The notes under the pieces were generated by a model that saw nothing but the letters and a program-made list of their open reading frames with translations, ran no database searches and was not told the DNA's origin. Shown one piece after another: positions 56,127 through 64,000 of a DNA stretch of 64,000 nt (the first letter of the stretch is position 1; every line of letters starts with the position of its first letter). Both the position numbers and the translations under genes were made by a program. The stretch covers positions 1,954,063-2,018,062 of the forward strand of contig OZ244798.1 of NCBI GenBank assembly GCA_965220015.1. The letters run 5' to 3'. The stretch is from Chloroflexota bacterium. GTDB lineage: Bacteria; Chloroflexota; UBA11872; VXOZ01.

Positions 56127-58049
56127 TTAGTAGAGCCTCGTTAGGGACACTCCCGTATAGTACATCTTGAGAATCCGGTCGTAAGTCATGCCTTGCTCAG
56201 CAAGCACCTTTGTGCTTTGCAGGGGCATACCCACGCCATGACCGTGAAGTGTTGACCCTTCGCTTACAGGATCAGCCACACCGACGGCCCACGGAAAGCC
56301 CGCTCCGCCCCACACCTCCTGCCAAGATCGTGTCCGTCCATCCGCGCGCGAATAGTAGGCCGCGCGGATTACCTTGCCGTCATACGTCATGAACTGTCCC
56401 CGTGTCGCGTTGGCAGCCGCTTCCAGATTCTTGCCCAGCGTCTCGCGGTAGTACCCCAAGTACCATTGGTGAGAACCGACGTACGGCGGCACGTACGCAT
56501 GGGATGCGCCGATATCGAACGGTTCTTTATTGCAGAGGCATCCTAGCCCGGGCCACTGCGGATTCATGTGCGAATGCGCGTAGGTGCGATAAGCAACCGT
56601 AGCGGCTTTCAACCCTTCAGCGGGGAAGGACTCCGGCTCTTCGCCAATGCCCTTCACATAGTATTCCATGGGCACCTCGTTAATTGCCCACAAGCGCTCC
56701 GAGTATGACGAATAGCGCACCTCCACCACTTGCCGATATTGCTGGAATCGCGGCATGTCAAGTACATGCAGAATCGTATTGCCCTCGGCAATGAAGCGCA
56801 CGAAGTTTGCGACTTCCGCGATGTCACTATTGTCCACCGTCAAGCGATAGCGCGACGTCGCCGGGAGATGCGTCACCGTAACGATTTGATTGGCCTCAAA
56901 TCTGCGCACGGCAGTGCCACTCTCATCTTCAGCGCGGAAGCCGCCGCTACCGGAAATCCGCATGTTTGGCTCGGTGGTAGAGTAGATGCCCACGCGAATT
57001 ATCATTCCGTCCTCGCCACTCGCCACGGGAACAACAGGCTGGGCAGTGGGTACTGGCGTCGGCGTAGGCAGCGGGCTCTGCACGGCAAGTGCCTGACGGG
57101 TTGTAGCGGAAGCATCGCCCAATGCCGACCAGCCGCGGCCTTCCTGCCATAGGTCCCATTGCAGCGTATAGTTGCCTCCCTTGGCAGGTGTACTCAGAGA
57201 AACCTGCACCGAGGCCACACTTCCCGCAAGCACTAGAGTGGGAAGTGACGCTCGTGGCCCCTCTAAGACAGAATTCCCTGCGGCATCGAGCCAGCGATAC
57301 CCAACACTGACGGCTTTGGGTCCCTGCCCCCACCAGCGGCCAATGCCTACGTTCTGCACCGCAACCTGGGCGGTTACCGTCTGATTTGTCATCAGCGTAT
57401 CGGGCAGTCCTGATACCCAGAATTGCCCGCGCGGTCCGACCCGCTCCGCCAGTTCCTCACCAAGCAGCCCGAGAGTAATTTGGTAAATCTCCGGTAACTG
57501 TGGATGGTACTCGAAGCGAGACCGTTGAAAATACTGCACGCTTCTGCCATTTTCTTGAACTATCTTGGAAACGGGATAGCCAAAGATGTCCAAGCCCCCG
57601 CGCGCGTTGAAGAAGCGCAGAAACGCACCGCTCACAACATGACCGGTCTCAGGGAAGTACCTCTGACCCGCCGTGTTGGCAACCGGCGATGCTTTAGGAA
57701 AGTTGCGGCCGCTGGTCAAGATATCGCCAAGCAGCCCAAGCTGCACCTCGTAACGTGTCCCCGCGTGCTCCGGGTGGTATTCGAAACGCGCGCGCTGAAA
57801 GTACTGCACGGTGAATCCGTTTTCTTGAATCTCCGGAGTTATGGGATAACCGAAGATGTCCAGGCCACCGCGCTGCTCGAAGAAACGCTTGAAGCCGAAT
57901 GACACCGACATGCCGGTTTCTGGGAAATGGATTGTATGGTCGGTGGCCGATACCGGTTGCGGCCAAAGTGCAGCAAGAAATACCAGGACGAAAGTGAGCC
58001 CTGCGGCAACGCAATAACGGCGCATCGCACGCGGAACAGTGCAGATCAT
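56127..58049 (-). CDS. SpoIID/LytB-domain protein with a signal peptide and two tandem ~75-aa N-terminal repeat domains.
   Basis: C-terminal SpoIID/LytB region (GQFMTYDGKVIRAAYYS...). Duplicated HFPETG...FFEQRGGLDIFGYP...QYFQRARFEYHP modules. Confidence 0.7.
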   Translation of the reverse strand: MICTVPRAMRRYCVAAGLTFVLVFLAALWPQPVSATDHTIHFPETGMSVSFGFKRFFEQRGGLDIFGYPITPEIQENGFTVQYFQRARFEYHPEHAGTRYEVQLGLLGDILTSGRNFPKASPVANTAGQRYFPETGHVVSGAFLRFFNARGGLDIFGYPVSKIVQENGRSVQYFQRSRFEYHPQLPEIYQITLGLLGEELAERVGPRGQFWVSGLPDTLMTNQTVTAQVAVQNVGIGRWWGQGPKAVSVGYRWLDAAGNSVLEGPRASLPTLVLAGSVASVQVSLSTPAKGGNYTLQWDLWQEGRGWSALGDASATTRQALAVQSPLPTPTPVPTAQPVVPVASGEDGMIIRVGIYSTTEPNMRISGSGGFRAEDESGTAVRRFEANQIVTVTHLPATSRYRLTVDNSDIAEVANFVRFIAEGNTILHVLDMPRFQQYRQVVEVRYSSYSERLWAINEVPMEYYVKGIGEEPESFPAEGLKAATVAYRTYAHSHMNPQWPGLGCLCNKEPFDIGASHAYVPPYVGSHQWYLGYYRETLGKNLEAAANATRGQFMTYDGKVIRAAYYSRADGRTRSWQEVWGGAGFPWAVGVADPVSEGSTLHGHGVGMPLQSTKVLAEQGMTYDRILKMYYTGVSLTRLY

Positions 58050-58076
58050 AGAGTAGTGGTCCTCCGGTACGCTAAT

Positions 58077-58856
58077 CTAGAGTTGTTCCGTACTTGGCTT
58101 GCGCAGCAGCAGGCAGACTCCGCCTGCATGCTCCATCTCATCCTCGTTTAAGAACCCGCAAATGCGTGACGGTGTTACGACATTCACCCAACCAAGCAGC
58201 AGGCGAGTGAACCATAATTTCGTGGGTGATTGGAGAAGCGCGAACAAGAGCGGCATGCGCACGCCAAAGTACTCTATCTTAACTACATTCAGTCCCGTAG
58301 GCCGAATGACTCGCTCTTCCAGAGCTACATCATCATAAATGCGCTGGTATTGTTCCTGAGAAGGATCAGGTCCCGGTGGCCGATACGCTTGGCCGAACGG
58401 CAAAGTGAGGGCCATCAAACCGCCGGGAGCGAGCACGCGCGCCATCTCGCGCGAGACCTTGCTATCGCCGTCCTCCGGGATGTGCTCAAGCACGGAAACC
58501 GAGCAAACTCGATCAAAGGTGTCATCCGCAAACGGCATGGCGCGCGCATCATGCAATTGCGGCGTGATGCTGCGCGCCGCTGCCGGCAATCCCGCGCGGG
58601 TCGCCATAGTCGGCAGATCCATGACCAGTGGATCCGGATCGAGCGCAACGACTTCTGCTCCCTGGTGTGCCAGTAAAATCGTTAGCGGAGAGCGACTGGC
58701 TCCCACATCAAGCAGAGAGAGCCCGGTTACCGGCTGCAGCGCATTCGCGGTCCACGGGTACTCGAGGTAGCGACTGATTGGCAACCCATAAAGATAGCTT
58801 AGCGGTCTAAGCCGTCCGTGAAACCTGTGAAAGTCCAAACGCGTGACTGTCTGCAT
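58077..58856 (-). CDS. Class I SAM-dependent methyltransferase.
   Basis: Motif I LDVGASRSP, post-I acidic VALDPD, FDRVCSVSVLEHI. Start at MQTVTRL 58856; the ORF is open to 58937. Confidence 0.7.
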   Translation of the reverse strand: MQTVTRLDFHRFHGRLRPLSYLYGLPISRYLEYPWTANALQPVTGLSLLDVGASRSPLTILLAHQGAEVVALDPDPLVMDLPTMATRAGLPAAARSITPQLHDARAMPFADDTFDRVCSVSVLEHIPEDGDSKVSREMARVLAPGGLMALTLPFGQAYRPPGPDPSQEQYQRIYDDVALEERVIRPTGLNVVKIEYFGVRMPLLFALLQSPTKLWFTRLLLGWVNVVTPSRICGFLNEDEMEHAGGVCLLLRKPSTEQL

Positions 58857-59021
58857 TCGGAAGCCTCCTGGGGGAGAAACCTGCACGTGAGATGCTTTCC
58901 GGGAAGGAAGAGCATATAGCGCGCCGGGTAGGGCCAAATGGCGCAGCGCAGAATTTCCTCTCTTAAGGGTACCACGAACGAGTCGCTCGGTTTATGGTCT
59001 GGCCGACTACGTCGGATGCGG

Positions 59022-60809
59022 CTACAGCGCTTCTGAGCGTGAAGCAGCGCAGTCACGCACCATAGCGCTAAATTCCGCGATGGGGAGCGCGCCGCGATTC
59101 TCACCGGTACGTACGCGCACGTTTACGGCGCCCGCCTCCACTTCTCGATCTCCCACCACCGCCATGTACGGAATCTTCTGAAGCTGGGCATCACGAATTT
59201 TGGCATTCATGCGCTCAGACCGAGTATCCACTTCAGCACGGATATCCGCCTCCGAGAGCGCGGCTGCAACTTCCTGGGCATACTCGTTGTGCCGGTCGGC
59301 AATTGGGATTATCACCGCTTGGACGGGCGCCAGCCACACAGGGAAGGCACCGCCATAGTGCTCAAGCAGAATGCCAAAGAAGCGTTCGATAGAACCGTAG
59401 AGAGCGCGGTGGATCATGAACGGACGGTGCGGAGAACCGTCTTCTCCAATGTACTCTAGCCCAAAGGTCTGCGGCAACCAGAAATCAAACTGAATTGTGG
59501 AAATTTGCCAGGGGCGTCCCAGCACATCGACAATCTTTATGTCCACCTTTGGCCCGTAGAACGCGGCCTCGCCCACCATGCGCTTGTAGGTTAAGTTCAG
59601 TCCGTCGAGCGCCTTCACCAGCCCGGCTTCGGCCAACTCCCAATCGTGCGCCTCACCAGCGTACTTGCCCGTTTCTCCCTGTTCCCACGTACTCAGCTCC
59701 AACTGAAGAACTTCAAAGCCGTACGTCTCGAGTATTTCCAAGCAGAATTTCAGGACGCGCACCAATTCATTGTCCATCTGGTCCGGCCGGCAGAAGAGGT
59801 GGGCATCATCTTGGGTAAAACCGCGTACCCGCAGCAGTCCGTGCAACACTCCCGAGCGCTCGTAGCGATACACTGTCCCTGTCTCCGTATAGCGAAGGGG
59901 TAAGTCGCGGTAACTGCGCATGCGGCTCTTGTACACCTGAATGTGAAAAGGACAATTCATCGGCTTCAGGTAATACTGTTGTTCGTCAATCTCGACAGGG
60001 GCATACATATTCTCTGCGAACCAATTCAGGTGCCCGCTCGTTTGCCAGAGGTTGGCCTTGCCGATATGCGGCGTATAGACGAACTCATAGCCACCGGCAC
60101 GATGGCTCTCACGCCAATAGTCTTCCATGACACTGCGCACGTGCCCGCCTTTTGCATGCCAGACCACCAACCCAGGGCCGATTTCATCGGAGAAGCTGAA
60201 GAGGTCGAGCTCGCGGCCGAGACGCCGGTGATCGCGTTTCTCAGCTTCCTCAAGGAATTTCAGATATTTCCTGAGATCTTTTTCCGTATGCCAAGCCGTG
60301 CCGTACACCCGCTGGAGTTGCTGGCGGTTCTCATCTCCCCGCCAGTAGGCGCCGGCCGTACGGAGGAGCCTAAACGCGCCCACAGCGCCTGTTGACTCCA
60401 TGTGCGGTCCTTCACAAAGATCGATGAAGTCGCCATTTTGGTAGATGCTTACCGTCTCAATCTGCGCCTCTCGCTCCAAGTCTTCGATGAGCTCGACCTT
60501 GTATGTTTGGCCCTGTTTTCGAAAGAACTCTTTAGCCTCTTCTACCGGCATGGTCGAGTGCGCAAACTGCTGATCTTGGTCGATTATGCGCCGCATGCGC
60601 CGGCTCAACTCCTCGATGTCATCCGGGGCAAGCGTACGCGGAAGATCGAAGTCGTAGTAGAAGCCGTCGTCAATTGCCGGGCCGATCGTGAGTTTGGCTT
60701 CAGGTATATATTCGAGCATCGCCGTCGCCAGCACGTGCGCTGCGGAGTGGCGCATCGTGTGCAAGCGTTCAGCTACTTGCTTGTTGCCCGCTGCTTTCGT
60801 TTGCGGCAT
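59022..60809 (-). CDS. thrS: Threonine--tRNA ligase (short N-terminus, no TGS domain).
   Basis: Editing-domain MRHSAAHVLA, class II motifs, C-terminal anticodon-binding domain. ATG at 60809. Confidence 0.9.
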   Translation of the reverse strand: MPQTKAAGNKQVAERLHTMRHSAAHVLATAMLEYIPEAKLTIGPAIDDGFYYDFDLPRTLAPDDIEELSRRMRRIIDQDQQFAHSTMPVEEAKEFFRKQGQTYKVELIEDLEREAQIETVSIYQNGDFIDLCEGPHMESTGAVGAFRLLRTAGAYWRGDENRQQLQRVYGTAWHTEKDLRKYLKFLEEAEKRDHRRLGRELDLFSFSDEIGPGLVVWHAKGGHVRSVMEDYWRESHRAGGYEFVYTPHIGKANLWQTSGHLNWFAENMYAPVEIDEQQYYLKPMNCPFHIQVYKSRMRSYRDLPLRYTETGTVYRYERSGVLHGLLRVRGFTQDDAHLFCRPDQMDNELVRVLKFCLEILETYGFEVLQLELSTWEQGETGKYAGEAHDWELAEAGLVKALDGLNLTYKRMVGEAAFYGPKVDIKIVDVLGRPWQISTIQFDFWLPQTFGLEYIGEDGSPHRPFMIHRALYGSIERFFGILLEHYGGAFPVWLAPVQAVIIPIADRHNEYAQEVAAALSEADIRAEVDTRSERMNAKIRDAQLQKIPYMAVVGDREVEAGAVNVRVRTGENRGALPIAEFSAMVRDCAASRSEAL

Positions 60810-60863
60810 GTGTAATTCTCCCAGTCACTCTGTTCGTGGTTACGTTCGCATACGTCAAAATAG

Positions 60864-60900
60864 AAAAAACCTCTCGCTTCAGGCACACACGAGAGGCCGT
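60864..60900 (-). promoter_or_regulatory. Terminator-like hairpin plus U6 tract in the thrS 5' leader, 55 nt upstream of the start codon (candidate attenuator).
   Basis: Minus-strand CCTCTCG-13 nt loop-CGAGAGG followed by UUUUUU. No upstream minus-strand gene whose terminator it could be. Confidence 0.5.
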
Positions 60901-61271
60901 CATCCGCAATCTACAGTTACGAATCTAGGTAAGAATGTCCTCCCGTCACCTGCAGCGAGCGTACGTTGGAGCGGTGATGCGGGCAATGCATCGTTGCGGA
61001 AGTGGAAAACCACTAGCACGATACACTACCAACCATCTCCTCAGTACGATTGCGCGAGCGTGCGACGCTAGGACATTGTCGAACACTCATCAATGCTACC
61101 GGAGCCGCTGCTGGCTGTCAACGTCGCCGCGCGGCATCGCAGGGCGCTCACCAATCGCCTAGACGAAGTGCCGATGCCAGGCACAAGTGCCTTGCTGGCG
61201 AGAAAATAAATGGCTACAATTGGCGAGCAGAAGGGTTGTGCTGAGACAAATGAAGTGAGCGAGCGCCTGCG

Positions 61272-62555
61272 ATGAAGGTTGATCTGGCCTACGGCCGCAC
61301 GGGACTCTCGGTGAAACTTCCGCATGGGTGCGTGGATGTTGTAGAGCCCGTGGACCTCCCAGGAGTCGCGGGTCCTCATCAAGCCTTGCGCAACGCGTTG
61401 CGCGATCCGATAGGGACAAGGGCGCTTGGCGAGTTAGCGGGAGCGGAAGACACCGTTGCGATAGTCTTCTGTGATATCACGCGACCGGCCCCAAATCATC
61501 TCATGATACCCGCGATCCTTGCCGAACTCGCGCACGTGCCCCGCGATCAGATCGTGCTCATCAACGCGACCGGCATGCATCGTCCCAATACCAAGGCCGA
61601 ATTGTGTGCCATGCTTGGGGATGACATAGTGGCTAACTATCGAATAGTCAACCACGACTCGACTGATAAGTCCCAGCTACGTTACCTCGGTGACACATCC
61701 TTTGGGGGTCCGGTGTGGATCAACTCTCACTACCTTGATGCCTCGGTCAAGATCCTTACCGGCTTTATCGAACCGCACTTCTTTGCGGGCTTCAGCGGCG
61801 GGTCCAAACTCATCCTGCCGGGTATTGCCGGCGCGGACTCAGTAATGCACAACCATAATGCGGAAATGATCGGCCATCCCAACGCGACCTGGGGCCACCT
61901 AGATGACAACCCCATTCATTGTGAGCAGCGGGAGGCGGCCGGTCTTTGCCCGCCTGATCTCAGCCTCAACGTGACCATCAATAAGCGCAAGGAAATCACG
62001 GGCATCTTTGCCGGCGAAATGCTCCGGGCTCACAGCGCAGGGTGCGCTTTCGCCCGTCGCTCCGTCATGCGCCCCGTCACAGAGCCCTATGACATCGTGA
62101 TTACGACGAATAGCGGCTATCCGCTCGATCTCAACCTGTACCAAGCCGTGAAGGGTATGTCCGCCGCGTACCAGGTAGTGAAGCAAGGGGGAGCAATCGT
62201 CATTGCCGCGGAGTGTTCAGAGGGCATCGGCCACGGTCACTTTGAGGACCTGTTGCAGGAGGAGGATACCCCTGCCGCACTCCTGGAACTTATCAACAGT
62301 CCCGGGTTTTCCCAATTCGATCAGTGGGAAGCGCAAATCCTCGCGCAGATTCTGCTGAAGGCTGAAGTGCATCTCTACGCAGAGACTCTTTCCGATCAAG
62401 CCATTCGGAATGCGCATCTGCAGCCGTGCCGCTCGATTGAGGAAACTGTAGCTGCCTTACAGGATCGCTATGGGACGGGTACCCGCATCTGTGTACTACC
62501 GATGGGGCCTTTGACAATTCCCTACATTGCGGAACCGGCCGTAGCGACTGTCTAG
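61272..62555 (+). CDS. larA: Lactate racemase (LarA) family protein, a nickel-pincer-cofactor-dependent 2-hydroxyacid racemase/epimerase homolog.
   Basis: LarA N-terminal domain (DUF2088) with NATGMHR and FSGGSK(L) motifs. Confidence 0.7.
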   Translation: MKVDLAYGRTGLSVKLPHGCVDVVEPVDLPGVAGPHQALRNALRDPIGTRALGELAGAEDTVAIVFCDITRPAPNHLMIPAILAELAHVPRDQIVLINATGMHRPNTKAELCAMLGDDIVANYRIVNHDSTDKSQLRYLGDTSFGGPVWINSHYLDASVKILTGFIEPHFFAGFSGGSKLILPGIAGADSVMHNHNAEMIGHPNATWGHLDDNPIHCEQREAAGLCPPDLSLNVTINKRKEITGIFAGEMLRAHSAGCAFARRSVMRPVTEPYDIVITTNSGYPLDLNLYQAVKGMSAAYQVVKQGGAIVIAAECSEGIGHGHFEDLLQEEDTPAALLELINSPGFSQFDQWEAQILAQILLKAEVHLYAETLSDQAIRNAHLQPCRSIEETVAALQDRYGTGTRICVLPMGPLTIPYIAEPAVATV

Positions 62556-62565
62556 AACGCTAAGG

Positions 62566-63717
62566 TTAGGACTTACGACTAGCGCCGGTGTATCCCTCCG
62601 ATTCGAGCGTCGTCGAGGGCGGCGCAAGGCGGGCGCCTGGGTCCACGTCCAGTGTCATATCGGACACCTGCCCCTGCTGCAGGCGATAGTAGCCGCAGGC
62701 GCCAATCATCGCGGCGTTATCAGTGCAAAAGGCAAGGTCCGGAATTCGCACCGGTATGGGTGCATGGGCAAGGATTTCCTCCCGCAGCAAGCTATTGGCT
62801 GCCACGCCGCCAACGACCAGAATCATCTGGGCTTTGAACTCTCTTGCCGCCTCCACGGTCTTTGCCACTAAGACATCCGACACAGACTGCTGGAAACTTG
62901 CGGCAACCTGCGCAACATAGAGCGGCACTTCCATGTTTACCACTCCGCCAGGGGTTGTAATCAGGGGTTCTGAGAGATCTTGGTCTTTCATGCGACTTTG
63001 CATGTAGCGCAAGACGGCGGTCTTCAAGCCGCTGAAACTGAATTCATAGGTGCCTTGCATCCAGGCGCGCGGCAGGTCGACCATATTGCGCCTACCGCGC
63101 AAGCCATAGCGCGACAATTGTTCGGCGGCCAATTGCACTGACGGGCCTCCCGGATAGGGCAGACCCAGAATACGTCCCACCTTATCGAATGCTTCACCGG
63201 CAGCGTCGTCGCGCGTGGCGCCAAGGAGACCGTAGTCTCCATGGCCGCGCATGAGCACGAGTTCGGTGTGACCGCCGGAAACCACTAAGGCAAGCAGGGG
63301 AAAGCGCATCTCATCTTCCGCACTCTCTTGGCGCACCCGCCGTGAGCGAGAGAGCCAGGCGGCGTACACATGGCCTTCAAGGTGATTCACACCAATCAAG
63401 GGAACATCTAGGGAGAAGGCAAGAGACTTGGCGAAATTCACACCGACTAAGAGTGCGCCGGCGAGCCCGGGTCCGTAGGTAACCGCAATTCCGTCAAGCT
63501 CCTCCCACGCCACGTCAGCGGTAGCCAGAGCCTCTGTAACGACCGGCATGATTGTCTTGAGATGCTGCCGCGAGGCAAGTTCCGGCACCACACCCCCATA
63601 CTTCTGGTGAATTTCGACCTGCGAGGCAACGATGTTGGAATGGACGTACCGGCCGTCTGCCACGATCGCTGCGGCAGTCTCATCACACGATGTCTCAATC
63701 GCGAGCAGAATCGCCAA
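62566..63717 (-). CDS. tsaD: tRNA N6-adenosine threonylcarbamoyltransferase TsaD.
   Basis: N-terminal AIETSCDETA, metal-binding His pair (HLEGH), ASKHA fold. About 40-aa C-terminal extension. Confidence 0.9.
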   Translation of the reverse strand: MAILLAIETSCDETAAAIVADGRYVHSNIVASQVEIHQKYGGVVPELASRQHLKTIMPVVTEALATADVAWEELDGIAVTYGPGLAGALLVGVNFAKSLAFSLDVPLIGVNHLEGHVYAAWLSRSRRVRQESAEDEMRFPLLALVVSGGHTELVLMRGHGDYGLLGATRDDAAGEAFDKVGRILGLPYPGGPSVQLAAEQLSRYGLRGRRNMVDLPRAWMQGTYEFSFSGLKTAVLRYMQSRMKDQDLSEPLITTPGGVVNMEVPLYVAQVAASFQQSVSDVLVAKTVEAAREFKAQMILVVGGVAANSLLREEILAHAPIPVRIPDLAFCTDNAAMIGACGYYRLQQGQVSDMTLDVDPGARLAPPSTTLESEGYTGASRKS

Positions 63718-64000
63718 GGAATCCTCCCGTTTCAGGGTAAGTGGTTGTCCAAGTGTGTTTCTGACGAAGAGCTGCTATGTGCTCCTGAAACAAGCTTTGA
63801 AATGTCTCTAAATTGATGTCCTCACTCCACATCACCAGTGCATCCTCTTGGTTGTCGCTGTAATAGCGCGGCCGGATTCCCGTGGAACGGAACGAATACT
63901 TCTTGTACAGCGTGCGCGCGAGCGCGTTGGATACGCGGACTTCAAGCGTCACCCAGCGGGCCGCCAAGCCAATAGCAACGTCGATAAGCGCGGTAAGCAT
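63695..64000 (-). CDS. rimI: Ribosomal-protein-alanine N-acetyltransferase RimI-like GNAT (5'-partial; continues beyond the window).
   Basis: C-terminal GNAT motif LEVRVSNALARTLYKKYSF...GIRPRYY and a position overlapping the tsaD start, as in tsaB-rimI-tsaD clusters. Confidence 0.55.
   Translation of the reverse strand: MLTALIDVAIGLAARWVTLEVRVSNALARTLYKKYSFRSTGIRPRYYSDNQEDALVMWSEDINLETFQSLFQEHIAALRQKHTWTTTYPETGGFLGDSARD

Noticed and set aside
60810-61271. Canonical T-box riboswitch in the thrS leader
   Set aside because: I searched both the leader and its reverse complement by eye for AGGGTGGNACCGCG-like T-box sequence and found none. It is therefore kept only as a generic attenuator candidate.
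1-64000. Mobile elements, prophage, restriction-modification or toxin-antitoxin loci
   Set aside because: No transposase/integrase/recombinase motifs, terminal inverted repeats flanking a gene block, phage structural genes, or small paired toxin-antitoxin ORFs were recognisable. tRNA-Gly and tRNA-Ser show no adjacent integrase or direct-repeat attachment-site signature.

Overview
High-GC (~60%) bacterial chromosomal segment, mostly housekeeping and central-metabolism genes. The gene content (alternative complex III, lamin-tail-domain surface protein, SpoIID-domain protein, archaeal-type PGI/PMI, RtcB/archease) suggests Chloroflexota- or Deinococcota-like ancestry. I cannot confirm lineage from sequence alone. 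No transposase, integrase, CRISPR array or rRNA was recognised. Main annotated blocks: (i) minus-strand operon of a CehA/McbA-like metallohydrolase, archease, RtcB and a PurM-superfamily protein; (ii) tRNA-Gly with textbook promoter and terminator, followed by tig, rsgA, gmk, priA, def, fmt; (iii) rod-shape cluster mreB-mreC-mreD-mrdA-rodA; (iv) a complete alternative complex III (ACIII) operon actA-B1-B2-C-F-D-E plus a small membrane ORF; (v) a 966-aa secreted protein with three lamin-tail domains and Pro/Thr linkers; (vi) a hydrolase/isomerase/sulfatase cluster; (vii) thrS, larA-like, tsaD and partial rimI at the 3' end. Most unusual observations: the four-gene operon coupling archease-RtcB to a giant metallohydrolase and a PurM-like protein; a PriA homolog with degenerate helicase motifs; an orphan nitrile-hydratase-alpha-like gene followed by four tandem 40-bp hairpin repeats; an ACIII operon with split ActB and non-canonical gene order; a conserved pair of hypothetical genes (one ASKHA-like) upstream of the surface-protein gene; a terminator-like hairpin in the thrS leader. 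All product calls rest on recognisable family motifs read by eye and established knowledge of those families. No database search was run.
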